This document shows, piece by piece, positions 10,514-23,421 of a stretch of DNA of 64,000 nucleotides. Source of the stretch: Desulforegulaceae bacterium. Its GTDB lineage: Bacteria > Desulfobacterota > Desulfobacteria > Desulfobacterales > JACKCP01. The DNA is taken from assembly GCA_034007295.1 (NCBI GenBank), contig JAVERC010000014.1:2732-66731 (forward strand). The letters run 5' to 3'. The notes beneath the pieces were generated by a model. It searched no databases, had not been told where the DNA came from, and saw only the letters and a list, made by a program, of their open reading frames with translations. Every line of letters begins with the position of its first letter. Position 1 is the first letter of the stretch. Both the position numbers and the translations under genes were made by a program.

Positions 10514-12511
10514 TTATTTTTTGTTTAAAACAATTTGGGCAAGGTTTGTTATATTTACAGGAAAAAATCCGAATTTATTAAGAACTGTACTTCCAGGTGC
10601 TGAAGCTCCAAATTTGTTTATTCCAAGAATTTCTCCCTGATCTCCAGCATATTTTTCCCAGCCCCAAGATGAACCTGCTTCAACAACAAGACGTTTTCTG
10701 ATTTTTGAAGGAATAATTCTTTCCTGATAGTCTTTTCCCTGTTTTTCAAAAATTTCCCTTGATAAAAGGCTTACAACTCTTACTTTTTTACCTCTTTTTT
10801 CAAGTTCCTTTTTTGCTTCAATACAAAGATGAACTTCTGAACCAGTTGATATCATTATTAAATCAGGTTCTCCCTCGCAATTGTCTGCAATGTATCCTCC
10901 AAGTTCAGGTTTTCCTTCAGAATTTGAAGTATCAAGAACCGGAAGCCCCTGCCTTGAAAGAATAAGTGCAATTGGTCCTGTTGAATTGTTAACTGCTGTT
11001 TCCCAGGCAACTCTTGTTTCATTTGCATCTGCAGGTCTTAATACTGTAAGGCCTGGTATAAGTCTTAAAGACTGAATATGTTCAATTGGCTGATGTGTAG
11101 GACCGTCTTCTCCAACTGCTATGGAATCATGGGTAAAAACATAGGTTACAGGAAGTTTCATAAGGCTTGCCATTCTTATTGCGGGCTTCATATAATCTGA
11201 AAATACAAGAAATGTTCCAGCATATGGTTTTACTCCGGAATGAAGAAACATTCCGTTAATTATTGCACCCATGGCATGTTCCCTGATTCCAAATCTTATA
11301 TTTTTTCCGCTGTAGCAGTCATTTGAAAAGTCTTTTTCATTATCAAGTTCTGTTTTGTTTGATGGAGCAAGGTCTGCTGAACCGCCTATTATAGTTGGAA
11401 CTATTTTGGCTATTTCATTTAAGATTATTCCAGAGGCTTTTCTTGTAGCAATTTTTCCGTCTTCCGGAGTAAATTTTTTTAAATTCTGATTCCAGTCCCT
11501 GTCCAGAAAACCAGTAATTGCATTAATAAGGCTGTTTGCCTTTTTTTTGTCCAATGAGTTTAATTCCTGGAATTTAAGATTCCATTCATTTTCATATTCT
11601 TCAAATTTATTTGCAGCTTGATTAAAATAATCCTTAACTTCTTCAGGAATAAAAAAAGATTCTTCATAATTAAAACCAAGAGCTTTTTTTGTAAGTTTTA
11701 TTTCTTCTTCTCCAAGGGGAGCTCCGTGTGCTTTTTCTGAACCTTCAAAATTTGGGCTTCCATGGGCGATTTTGGTTTTTATTTTTATAAGGCTTGGTTT
11801 TTTTGTTTCTTTTTTCGCTTTATTTACTGCCTGCTCAATCAGCTCAAGGTCAGTTCCGTCTGATATTTCAATAACATGCCAGTTTGCAGCTTCAAATCTT
11901 TTTACAACATCTTCTGTAAAACTAAGTGATGTGCTTCCTTCAATTGATATCTGGTTATCATCATAAAGACAGATAAGTCTGCCAAGTCCAAGATGTCCGG
12001 CAAGTGAAGCTGATTCATAGGAAATCCCTTCCATAAGGTCTCCGTCACCGCACATTACATAAGTGAAATGTTCAATAACTTCAGGGTATTTTGCATTAAG
12101 GTGTGCTTCTGCCATTGCCATTCCAACTCCATTGGCAAAGCCCTGTCCAAGGGGGCCGGTAGTTGTTTCAACGCATGGAGTATGGCCAAATTCAGGATGG
12201 CCCGGGGTTTTGCTTCCCCATTTTCTAAACTCCTTAAGGTCTTGTGTTTCAAGGCCTCCTTTTGAAAGTGCAATAAGAGAATAAAGAAGGGAAGATGCAT
12301 GGCCGGCTGAAAGAATGAATCTGTCCCTGTTTATCCATGCTGGATTTTTGGGATTGTGTTTCATTATTTTTGTCCACAGAACAAAAGCTGCTGGAGCCAT
12401 TCCCATTGGTGCTCCTGGATGGCCTGAATTTGCTTTCTGAACCATGTCCATTGCAAGTGCTCTGATTGTGTTTACTGAAGTTTGTTCTATGCTGTTTTTA
12501 GTCTCTGCCAT
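10514..12511 (-). CDS. tkt: Transketolase
   Basis: SGHPGAPMGMAP, ThDP motif GDGDLMEG, 665 aa. Confidence 0.95.
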   Translation of the reverse strand: MAETKNSIEQTSVNTIRALAMDMVQKANSGHPGAPMGMAPAAFVLWTKIMKHNPKNPAWINRDRFILSAGHASSLLYSLIALSKGGLETQDLKEFRKWGSKTPGHPEFGHTPCVETTTGPLGQGFANGVGMAMAEAHLNAKYPEVIEHFTYVMCGDGDLMEGISYESASLAGHLGLGRLICLYDDNQISIEGSTSLSFTEDVVKRFEAANWHVIEISDGTDLELIEQAVNKAKKETKKPSLIKIKTKIAHGSPNFEGSEKAHGAPLGEEEIKLTKKALGFNYEESFFIPEEVKDYFNQAANKFEEYENEWNLKFQELNSLDKKKANSLINAITGFLDRDWNQNLKKFTPEDGKIATRKASGIILNEIAKIVPTIIGGSADLAPSNKTELDNEKDFSNDCYSGKNIRFGIREHAMGAIINGMFLHSGVKPYAGTFLVFSDYMKPAIRMASLMKLPVTYVFTHDSIAVGEDGPTHQPIEHIQSLRLIPGLTVLRPADANETRVAWETAVNNSTGPIALILSRQGLPVLDTSNSEGKPELGGYIADNCEGEPDLIMISTGSEVHLCIEAKKELEKRGKKVRVVSLLSREIFEKQGKDYQERIIPSKIRKRLVVEAGSSWGWEKYAGDQGEILGINKFGASAPGSTVLNKFGFFPVNITNLAQIVLNKK

Positions 12512-12710
12512 GCCCCTTCTCCTGAAATTTATCCGGTGACAGGATTTTTTGTTTAATCTGTCATCTGAAATTTGAATTCAAATTAATGTTTAATTTAAAG
12601 CTTTTAAAAGCTTTTTTTAAAGGTCTGCTTACCTTTAAATTTTTATATATGCAAGCAAATTTAAAAATTACGGCCTTGCAAAGTCCTGATCAAAGCTTGG
12701 TTTGTTAATT

Positions 12711-12737
12711 TAAAAATATGAAACGCTCAATTTAGGT
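12711..12737 (+). repeat. 27-nt companion repeat (copy 1)
   Basis: TAAAAATATGAAACGCTCAATTTAGGT recurs at 22682-22709 with one mismatch. Confidence 0.6.
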
Positions 12738-12761
12738 TTTAGCTTTTGGCCAAAATTTAAC

Positions 12762-12800
12762 TAGTGATTGGCCGAAAACGAGAATTTTTTGTTCAGTTCA
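12762..12800 (+). repeat. Solo 5' half of the MITE-like element
   Basis: TAGTGATTGGCCGAAAACGAGAATTTTTTGTTCAGTTCAA. It ends 9 nt from the radical SAM stop codon. Confidence 0.7.
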
Positions 12801-12808
12801 ACAAATAA

Positions 12809-13678
12809 CTACAATGCACGCATATGTTCCGGCTTAAGTTTTACTTTTCCATCCAGTGCATCTTCAATAAGCTTAAGAGTTTTATCCTTGTCCTGGGGAA
12901 GTTTTGCTCTTATTGGAAGATAATTTGACGCATGATTTGCATGGAAAAGACCGTTAATATCTGTATTGGCTATCATTATTCCAATTTCTTCAAGAAGCTC
13001 CTTTGGGGTTAGAATTTTAAATTCTCCCCTTGAATATTCTTCCTTATATAAAGGTGTTCCTGGTGTAATCATAAAACTTAATGCTCCAACATAGTCTGGT
13101 TTCATCTGTGTAAGGACTTCGCCTGTTTTTTTTGCATGAATATATGATCTTTCCCTGCTTCCAAGACCGTTTAGAACAGTAACAGAAAGTTTGATTCCAG
13201 CTTGTTTTACTTTTTTTGCCATTTCAATCATTTTTTTGGTATCAGCACCCTTGTTCATCTGCTCAAGAATTACATCATCGCCTGATTCAAGTCCCATATA
13301 CGCAATTTGTATCCCAAGGCTTTTAAGTTCCTTTAAGTCCTCAACAGACTTCATTGCTATGCTTTTTGTATTTGCATAAGTTCCTATTCTTTCAATCCAG
13401 GGCATTTTTTCCCTGATTCTTTTTAAAATTTTTACAAGTCTTTTCTGGGGAACAATAAGTGCATCGCCGTCACACAGAAAAAGCCTTTTTATATGTCTGT
13501 AATCCCTTGCAGCTTCATCTATGTCCCTAAAAATAACTTCATCTGATTTTATGGTAAATCTTTTGGTTTTATACATTTCACAAAATCTGCATTTATTGTG
13601 TGAGCATCCTACAGTGATCTGGAGTAAAATGCTGTATGCTTCACTTGGCGGTCTGAAAATTGGTTCTACATAATCCAT
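12809..13678 (-). CDS. Radical SAM protein (function unknown)
   Basis: CSHNKCRFCEMY CxxxCxxC cluster motif near the N-terminus, 289 aa. Confidence 0.8.
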   Translation of the reverse strand: MDYVEPIFRPPSEAYSILLQITVGCSHNKCRFCEMYKTKRFTIKSDEVIFRDIDEAARDYRHIKRLFLCDGDALIVPQKRLVKILKRIREKMPWIERIGTYANTKSIAMKSVEDLKELKSLGIQIAYMGLESGDDVILEQMNKGADTKKMIEMAKKVKQAGIKLSVTVLNGLGSRERSYIHAKKTGEVLTQMKPDYVGALSFMITPGTPLYKEEYSRGEFKILTPKELLEEIGIMIANTDINGLFHANHASNYLPIRAKLPQDKDKTLKLIEDALDGKVKLKPEHMRAL

Positions 13679-13788
13679 ATAAATATTCCTTTTTTTTATT
13701 TTAAATCTAAATTATTCTTTTCATACATTTAATACAGAAATTTAAAATTGCAAAATTTAATTTAAAAACATTATGGTTTCAAAAGCTT

Positions 13789-16665
13789 ATGACTTTTTAT
13801 ATGGAAGATTATTTTGCCGGTCCTTTAAAAGATATTGAAAAGCTTGAAAACAGCTTTGTGCTCGATAAAAATTTTTTAAATCTTTTAAAAGAAATTTCAG
13901 AGGCTGGAATTGATGAAAAAAATATTGATGAGCTTAAAATCTGCGGATTTTATTCATCTTTTTTTCAAAAATCATTTTTTGGTTCAAAAGGATATTTTGA
14001 CATAAAAAAAGTAACTGAAGAACTTTTTTTAAAACCAGATCAAAAATCCTATGATTACATAATTGAAAAAAAAGCAGCCTCTTTTGATGACCTTAAACTT
14101 TTTTTGTTCAAGGCTGTAAAAAAAGAACTTGCAAAAATTGCTTTCCAGGACATAACAGGAAGAACATCGCTTGATGAAACCCTTAAATCCCTTTCATTTC
14201 TTGCAGATTCAGCTGTTAAAAAAGCCGTTTTTTTTCTTCATGAAGATTTAAAAAAAAATTATGGAACTCCAAAAAATAAAAATGGAGTTGAGCATAAACT
14301 TATTTGTGTTGCAATGGGAAAACTTGGAGCCTTTGAACTTAATTTTTCATCTGATTTAGATCTTATGTTTGTTTATCCTGAAAATGGTGAAACTGACGGA
14401 GAAAAAAAAATCAGTTCAGAAGAATTTTTTACAAGGCTTGTGAGAAAATTTACATCTCTTTTCAAGGGAGTTCTTCCAGGCGAAGATACCTATATTATTG
14501 ATTTAAGGCTTCGTCCCTTTGGAAACAACGGCCCTCTTATAATGAGCATAAATGCAGTTGATCATTATTACCAGACCCAGGGCAGGGAATGGGAAAGATA
14601 TGCACTCATAAAATCAAGGTGTATCACAGGAAAAAAATCAGACATTAAAAAATTTTATGAAAACATAACCCCTTTTGTATTCAGAAGATATCTTGATTAT
14701 GGAGCATTTGATTCCATGAGGGATATGAAAAGTAAAATTATTTTTGAGATTAAAAGAAAAGATAATGAAGACAATATAAAAAACGGTTCCGGTGGAATAA
14801 GAGAAATAGAATTTTTCGGCCAGATTTTTCAGCTGATAAGAGGCGGTATAGATAAAAGATTCAGAGCAAAAAGAATTATTGAAATTTTAAGGCTTCTTGG
14901 CAGTGAAAACATGATTTTAGAAGAAACAGCAGCAGGACTTGAATCGGCCTATATTTTTTTAAGGCTTGCAGAAAACAGGATTCAGCAGCTTGAAGGCAGA
15001 CAGACTCACAATCTCCCAAAAAATGAACAGGATTTAAAAAAAATAGCATTAAGCCTTGGCTTTTCTACGTCTGATGAATTTATAGAATTTGTAAGTGAAA
15101 AAAGAAATTATGTTCATTCTCATTTTATGGCTGTTTTAAAGGACGATTCAAACTCAGATGATGGAGATGATTTTTATTTTAAAATGTTTTGGGACTCGCC
15201 TGATGAAAATCAATTGAAATTTATGGAATCAATTGAGGAAGCAGGCACTAAATTGGAACCTGAATTTCTTAAAATTTTAAATAATTTTAAAAAGGAAATT
15301 TTAAATTCAAGAATAACACCTGAAACCATTGGACGATTAGACAGGCTCATGCCTGTTCTTATTAAGGAAATGATCAGCTCTAATATTGATTATGAGGCTT
15401 GCACCAGGATTATAGGCCTTGTTTCAGTAATAATAAAAAAAAGCTGTTATATTTCACTTTTGTTTGAAAATCCAGCTTCTGTTTATCATCTTGTAAAATT
15501 ATTCAAGGAAAGTTCATGGGTTGGGAATTATCTGAAAAATCATCCTGTTCTTTTGGATGAGCTTCTTGATTCAAGAACTCTTTATTATCCCCCTGAAAAA
15601 GATGAAATGTCTGTAATTCTTGATTCAAGGGTTTCAGGTGTACAGTTTGAGGATACTGAAAGACTTCTTGAAACAATATGCATATTCAGGCAGAGCATGA
15701 TTTTAAGGGTAGCTTCGGCAGAAATTTCAGGTGAATATCCTTTGATGAAAATAAGCGACAGGCTTACAGAGCTTGCAGAAGTAATAATTGAAAGGGTTCT
15801 TCAAAAGGCATGGGTTGAGCTTGTTGAAAAACACGGCTATCCAGTTGATGAATCTGGTGAAATTCTTCTTAATCCAGGTATTGCGGTTATTGCCTATGGA
15901 AAACTTGGAGGCATAGAGCTTGGTTATGGTTCAGATCTTGATCTTGTTTTTGTTCATAAAGATGTAAAAGGCTCAACATCAGGTGTAAGAAGTATTCCCT
16001 GTGTTCAGTTTTATGCAAAGCTTGCACAAAAAGTGCTTTCTTATTTAAGCATAAGAACTTCTGCAGGCAAAATGTATGAAATAGACCTAAGATTAAGGCC
16101 TGGCGGAAGTTCTGGTGTAATAATTGTGTCTTTTTCTTCTTTTGCAGATTATTTTTATTCAAAGGCATGGACATTTGAGCACCAGGCATTTGTAAAGGCA
16201 AGGCTGATTTTTGGATATGGAAAAATAGAAAGTGATTTTTTTGAAGTAAGGGAAAAAATTCTTTGCATGAAAAGGGATGAAGAAACTTTAAAAAATGAAA
16301 TAAAGGACATGAGAAAAAAAATACTTTCAGCCCACGGCCTTTGTCAAAATGGTTTTTTTCATCTCAAATATGACACTGGCGCAATGATGGATATTGAATT
16401 TCTTGTTCAGTATCTGGTTTTGAAAAACTCAAATAAAAATAAAAGACTTGCTGTTTTTACAGATATTGTAAGGATTTTGTCTAACCTTGAAAGGGAAAAA
16501 ATTCTTTCAAGAAATGAAGCCTCTTTTTTGAGATTTGCCTATCTTGTATACAGGTCAATGGGTCATAAGCTTGATCTTGTGGAAAAAAAGCCTGTTCTTG
16601 ACAATGGAAGATTTGAAAGTCTGCGTAAAGGTGTTAGGCACCTTTGGGAAAAACACCTCAATTAA
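13789..16665 (+). CDS. glnE: Bifunctional glutamine synthetase adenylyltransferase/adenylyl-removing enzyme
   Basis: Two nucleotidyltransferase modules (GKLGAFELNFSSDLDLMFVY and GKLGGIELGYGSDLDLVFVH), 958 aa. Start could be ATG 13801. Confidence 0.9.
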   Translation: MTFYMEDYFAGPLKDIEKLENSFVLDKNFLNLLKEISEAGIDEKNIDELKICGFYSSFFQKSFFGSKGYFDIKKVTEELFLKPDQKSYDYIIEKKAASFDDLKLFLFKAVKKELAKIAFQDITGRTSLDETLKSLSFLADSAVKKAVFFLHEDLKKNYGTPKNKNGVEHKLICVAMGKLGAFELNFSSDLDLMFVYPENGETDGEKKISSEEFFTRLVRKFTSLFKGVLPGEDTYIIDLRLRPFGNNGPLIMSINAVDHYYQTQGREWERYALIKSRCITGKKSDIKKFYENITPFVFRRYLDYGAFDSMRDMKSKIIFEIKRKDNEDNIKNGSGGIREIEFFGQIFQLIRGGIDKRFRAKRIIEILRLLGSENMILEETAAGLESAYIFLRLAENRIQQLEGRQTHNLPKNEQDLKKIALSLGFSTSDEFIEFVSEKRNYVHSHFMAVLKDDSNSDDGDDFYFKMFWDSPDENQLKFMESIEEAGTKLEPEFLKILNNFKKEILNSRITPETIGRLDRLMPVLIKEMISSNIDYEACTRIIGLVSVIIKKSCYISLLFENPASVYHLVKLFKESSWVGNYLKNHPVLLDELLDSRTLYYPPEKDEMSVILDSRVSGVQFEDTERLLETICIFRQSMILRVASAEISGEYPLMKISDRLTELAEVIIERVLQKAWVELVEKHGYPVDESGEILLNPGIAVIAYGKLGGIELGYGSDLDLVFVHKDVKGSTSGVRSIPCVQFYAKLAQKVLSYLSIRTSAGKMYEIDLRLRPGGSSGVIIVSFSSFADYFYSKAWTFEHQAFVKARLIFGYGKIESDFFEVREKILCMKRDEETLKNEIKDMRKKILSAHGLCQNGFFHLKYDTGAMMDIEFLVQYLVLKNSNKNKRLAVFTDIVRILSNLEREKILSRNEASFLRFAYLVYRSMGHKLDLVEKKPVLDNGRFESLRKGVRHLWEKHLN

Positions 16666-16750
16666 ATCAATTACAAAATTGTAGAAAATTTCCTTGCATT
16701 TTATACATTAATTATTTATCTTACAAAAATGTTGCACGTTTATACCTAAA

Positions 16751-16770
16751 ATATTACAAATTTGTAATAT
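16751..16770. promoter_or_regulatory. Perfect 20-bp palindrome, candidate enhancer-binding-protein site
   Basis: ATATTACAAATTTGTAATAT is its own reverse complement. Its centre lies ~62 bp upstream of the -24 GG. Confidence 0.45.
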
Positions 16771-16820
16771 AATTGGCCGAGGGTTTGTTCGTGTTGTTGT
16801 ATTTTGGGTGTTTTGGGTCG

Positions 16821-16836
16821 TGGCACATAATTTGCT
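16821..16836 (+). promoter_or_regulatory. Sigma-54 (-24/-12) promoter for glnD-PII-amtB-glnA
   Basis: TGGCAC-ATAAT-TTGCTT matches TGGCAC-N5-TTGCW exactly, ~32 nt before the glnD ATG. Confidence 0.7.
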
Positions 16837-16867
16837 TATTTGAATAAAAAAATTTGGATATGGATAT

Positions 16868-19811
<2,944 letters not shown>

Positions 19812-19845
19812 AATCAGTTTACCAAAGTCTTATAACGGAGAAAAA

Positions 19846-21057
19846 ATGAATTCTTCAGATATAGTTTTCATGTTTGTATCAACATCATTTGTAATGTTTA
19901 TGATAATAGGGCTTGCTCTTTTTTACGGCGGTCTTGTAAGGGCAAGAAATATTTTAAGCATTATAGCTCAATGCATGGTCTGTATTAGTCTTGTTACCAT
20001 ACTCTGGATTATTTACGGATATTCACTTGTGTTTGGCGGCGATGTTTACGGGTTTATAGGAAATTTTGACTTTGTTTTCCTCAAAAATGTCGGACAGGAT
20101 GCAGGCCCCCATGCTGATAATATTCCGCATATTCTTTTTTGCATGTTTCAGCTTATGTTTGCAGCCATAACTCCAGCTCTTATAACAGGTGCCTTTGCTG
20201 AAAGAATGAAATTTAAGGCATTTATTCTTTTTACCTTTTTGTGGTCAACATTTGTTTATTTTCCGGTTGCACACTGGGTCTGGGGAGGAGGGTGGATTGG
20301 CACTCACGGAGGACTCGATTTTGCAGGGGGTACAGTTATTCATATAAATTCGGCTGTGGCAGCACTTGCAGGAGCAATTGCAGTTGGAAAAAGAAAAGAC
20401 TGGCCTTTAGAGCAGATAAAGCCTCACAATCTTGGGATTACTTTTTTAGGTGCCGGAATTTTATGGCTTGGCTGGTTTGGATTTAATTCAGGAAGTGCAC
20501 TGGCTGCAAACGGCGTTGCAATGAATGCTTTTCTGGTAACCCAGATTGCTGCAAGTGCATCAGCTCTTTCATGGATGGCAATTGAATGGAAAGTTCACGG
20601 CAAGCCTACAGTTCTTGGTCTTGCATCAGGTGCACTTGCAGGTCTTGTTGCAATAACCCCTGCTTCCGGGTTTGTGTCTGCTTTTCCTGCACTTTTAATA
20701 GGGTTTGCAGCCGGAATATTGTGTTTTTACGCAGTTGGGCTTAAAACAAGACTTAAATATGATGACTCACTTGATGTTGTTGCTATTCATGGAATCGGAG
20801 GTGTTTTTGGAGCACTTTCTACAGGCCTTTTTGCAAGCCTTGCTGTAAATCCTTCAGGAGCTGACGGGCTTTTTTACGGGAATCCGTCTTTATTTATAAT
20901 ACAGCTTGCAGACAATGCAGCAGTAATTGTTTATTCACTGGCAGTAAGTTTGATAATTTTTAAAATAGTTGATTTTTTAACCGGTCTTAAAGTTTCACCT
21001 GAAGAAGAAAATGCAGGTCTTGATATTTCCCTTCATGGTGAGAAAGCATACAATTAA
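19846..21057 (+). CDS. amtB: Ammonium transporter
   Basis: 11-TM Amt family, DFAGGTVIHINSAVAAL motif, 403 aa. Confidence 0.95.
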   Translation: MNSSDIVFMFVSTSFVMFMIIGLALFYGGLVRARNILSIIAQCMVCISLVTILWIIYGYSLVFGGDVYGFIGNFDFVFLKNVGQDAGPHADNIPHILFCMFQLMFAAITPALITGAFAERMKFKAFILFTFLWSTFVYFPVAHWVWGGGWIGTHGGLDFAGGTVIHINSAVAALAGAIAVGKRKDWPLEQIKPHNLGITFLGAGILWLGWFGFNSGSALAANGVAMNAFLVTQIAASASALSWMAIEWKVHGKPTVLGLASGALAGLVAITPASGFVSAFPALLIGFAAGILCFYAVGLKTRLKYDDSLDVVAIHGIGGVFGALSTGLFASLAVNPSGADGLFYGNPSLFIIQLADNAAVIVYSLAVSLIIFKIVDFLTGLKVSPEEENAGLDISLHGEKAYN

Positions 21058-21078
21058 AGAAAATAAGGAGAATTTAAA

Positions 21079-22491
21079 ATGACACCGACACAGGTACTGG
21101 AATTTGCCAGAGAAAAAGGCATAAGGGTTGTAGATATCAGATTTATGGATTTCCCCGGAATCTGGCAGCATTTCTCAGTCCCTTTAAGCGAACTCAATGA
21201 AGGAAGCTTTGAAGACGGATTTGGTTTTGACGGATCAAGCATAAGAGGATGGAGAGATATCCATGAAAGCGACATGATAGTTATTCCTGATCCTTCTACA
21301 GCAAAAATTGATCCTTTTTTTGAGCATCCAACTCTTGTTATGATTGGAAATATTGCAGATCCAATTACACATGAGCCATATGAAAAGGATCCAAGATATA
21401 TTGCACAGAAAGCTGAAGCTTTTCTAAAAAGTACAGGAATAGGTGATGTATGCTTTATCGGACCTGAGCCTGAATTTTTTATTTTTGACGAAGTAAGATA
21501 TTCAAGTGATCCCCACAATACCTTTTTTTCAATTGATTCAATTGAAGCAACATGGAACACAGGAAGGGAAGAATTCCCAAACCTCGGTTATAAGCCAAGA
21601 AGTAAGGAAGGCTATTTCCCAGTACCTCCTTCTGACAAGCTTCACGACTTGAGAACATCAATGATGCTTGCACTTGAAGATATTGGAATAGAAATGGAAT
21701 GCCAGCACCACGAGGTTGCAACAGCAGGCCAGGGTGAAATTGACATGAGGTTTAAGCCGCTTGTTGAAATGGGCGACCAGCTGGTATGGTTCAAGTATGT
21801 AATAAGGAATATGGCATATGTAAAAGGCCATTCTGTAACTTTTATGCCAAAACCTCTTTTTGGAGACAATGGTTCAGGCATGCATACCCATGCAAGTATA
21901 TGGAAAGACGGCAAGCCGCTTTTTGCAGGTGATTTATATGCAGGAATGTCACAGGATGCTCTTTATGCAATAGGCGGTATTCTAAAGCACTGCGGAGCAT
22001 TATGTGCAATTACAAATCCTACAACAAATTCATACAAAAGACTTGTTCCAGGATATGAAGCTCCTGTTAACCTTGCATATTCAAGCAGCAACAGAAGTGC
22101 AGCTGTTCGTATTCCAATGTATGCAACTTCACCAAAGGCAAAAAGGCTTGAATTTAGAACTCCTGACCCTTCATGCAACGGATATATGGCTTTTTCAGCA
22201 ATTCTTATGGCTATGATTGACGGAATTGAAAACAAAATAGATCCAGGCGATCCTCTTGATAAAAATATTTATGATCTTCCCCCTGAAGAATTAGCACAGA
22301 TTCCATCTGCTCCAGGCTCTTTAAGCGAAGCTCTTGACTGTCTTGAAAAAGACTGCGGCTTTCTTTTAAAAGGCGGAGTTTTTACTGAAGAAGTTATTAA
22401 AACATGGATAAAGTACAAAAGAGAAAAGGAAATTATGGCTGTTAATTTAAGGCCTCATCCACATGAGTATATGCTTTATTATGATATTTAA
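21079..22491 (+). CDS. glnA: Glutamine synthetase type I
   Basis: [24 protein letters not shown], and the adenylylation loop [10 protein letters not shown], 470 aa. Confidence 0.95.
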   Translation: MTPTQVLEFAREKGIRVVDIRFMDFPGIWQHFSVPLSELNEGSFEDGFGFDGSSIRGWRDIHESDMIVIPDPSTAKIDPFFEHPTLVMIGNIADPITHEPYEKDPRYIAQKAEAFLKSTGIGDVCFIGPEPEFFIFDEVRYSSDPHNTFFSIDSIEATWNTGREEFPNLGYKPRSKEGYFPVPPSDKLHDLRTSMMLALEDIGIEMECQHHEVATAGQGEIDMRFKPLVEMGDQLVWFKYVIRNMAYVKGHSVTFMPKPLFGDNGSGMHTHASIWKDGKPLFAGDLYAGMSQDALYAIGGILKHCGALCAITNPTTNSYKRLVPGYEAPVNLAYSSSNRSAAVRIPMYATSPKAKRLEFRTPDPSCNGYMAFSAILMAMIDGIENKIDPGDPLDKNIYDLPPEELAQIPSAPGSLSEALDCLEKDCGFLLKGGVFTEEVIKTWIKYKREKEIMAVNLRPHPHEYMLYYDI

Positions 22492-22518
22492 TAATAAGGA
22501 TTGTTAGTTTTTATATTT

Positions 22519-22547
22519 AAAAGCGGCTTATTCAAGCCGCTTTTTTT
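22519..22547 (+). terminator. glnA rho-independent terminator
   Basis: AAGCGGCTT-attc-AAGCCGCTT followed by TTTTTTT. Confidence 0.8.
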
Positions 22548-22556
22548 AAATAGCTG

Positions 22557-22592
22557 CTGAACAAAAAATTCTAGTTTTCGGCCAATCACTAA
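22557..22592 (-). repeat. Solo 5' half of the MITE-like element (inverted orientation)
   Basis: Reverse complement reads TTAGTGATTGGCCGAAAACTAGAATTTTTTGTTCAG. Confidence 0.7.
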
Positions 22593-22681
22593 ATAAATAA
22601 AGACTTTTCTAAGCTTTTCATCAAGACAAAGCTCTGATTTTTATTGATTTGCCATATCTTTAAAACCTGAATTGAGCGATT

Positions 22682-22709
22682 TTAAAAATATGAAACGCTC
22701 AACTTAGGT
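22682..22709 (+). repeat. 27-nt companion repeat (copy 2)
   Basis: TTAAAAATATGAAACGCTCAACTTAGGT. Confidence 0.6.
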
Positions 22710-22882
22710 AAAAGTAAATCATTAACCAGGCACCCCATAAAATAATTTGCAATAAAATTTAACTTTTAATAAATTACACATTTCTTGAATAAACACCTTT
22801 TAAATTTGCTTTTAATATATAATTATATCATATAATTCTTAATTTAAGATTTGCTTGTTTTATATATTATCCGGAGATATTT

Positions 22883-23257
22883 ATGGCTCAAAAAATTTTA
22901 ATTATTGAAGATGATTCAGATTTAAGGCAGGTTTTGAAAATTATGCTTGAACAGGAAAACTATATTGTTTCCCAGGCTGAAAATGGATTGAGCGGTCTTA
23001 AAAAATTTAAAAATGACAGTTTTGATCTTGTGATTACAGATATAATTATGCCTGAAAAGGAAGGATTAGAAACTATTTTTGAGCTGAAAAAAATTAACCC
23101 TTCAGTAAAAATTATAGCTATTTCAGGCGGGGGGCGGATTGCTGCCGAAGAATATCTTCTAATGGCAAAAAATTTTGGAGTATCAACTGTCTTATCAAAA
23201 CCTTTTAAGAAAGATGCTTTTTTGTTTTCTGTAAAAGAAGCTCTTGGCATTAAATAA
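22883..23257 (+). CDS. Single-domain response regulator (CheY-like receiver)
   Basis: ILIIEDD ... DLVITDIIMPEKEG ... KIIAISG ... KPF pattern, 124 aa. Confidence 0.85.
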   Translation: MAQKILIIEDDSDLRQVLKIMLEQENYIVSQAENGLSGLKKFKNDSFDLVITDIIMPEKEGLETIFELKKINPSVKIIAISGGGRIAAEEYLLMAKNFGVSTVLSKPFKKDAFLFSVKEALGIK

Positions 23258-23421
23258 CTGCAAGTCTAAAATTTATGTTTTTAGTATTTATTGGATTAAA
23301 AATTTAATTTTAAAAATCATGGTGTAATAAAAATGAAAATTTATTCTTAAAATCTATTCAAATCCTGTTCTTGTTAATCAATTTTTTTTGTTATTTTAAA
23401 ATTTAAAATTCAGGAAAATTT

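Noticed and set aside
14805-14835. TTTTTCGGCCAGATTTTTCAG inside glnE, resembling the MITE-like 5' seed
   Set aside because: It encodes the conserved GlnE peptide EIEFFGQIFQL in frame. The similarity is short and coincidental.
16771-16800. AATTGGCCGAGGGTTTGTTCG between the gln palindrome and the sigma-54 promoter, and similar bits at 7106-7130 and 61470-61565, as further element copies
   Set aside because: They share only 7-9-nt seeds (ATTGGCCGA, TTTGTTC) with the family. That is too degenerate to call by eye, so they are mentioned only as possible relics.
21054-21560. 168-aa ORF antisense to glnA, plus similar long antisense ORFs at 1438-1875, 27597-28106, 40537-40995, 30652-31059 and 35787-36113
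   Set aside because: They lie entirely within well-supported genes on the opposite strand. Their translations are low-complexity or lack motifs. They are typical shadow ORFs of AT-rich codon usage.
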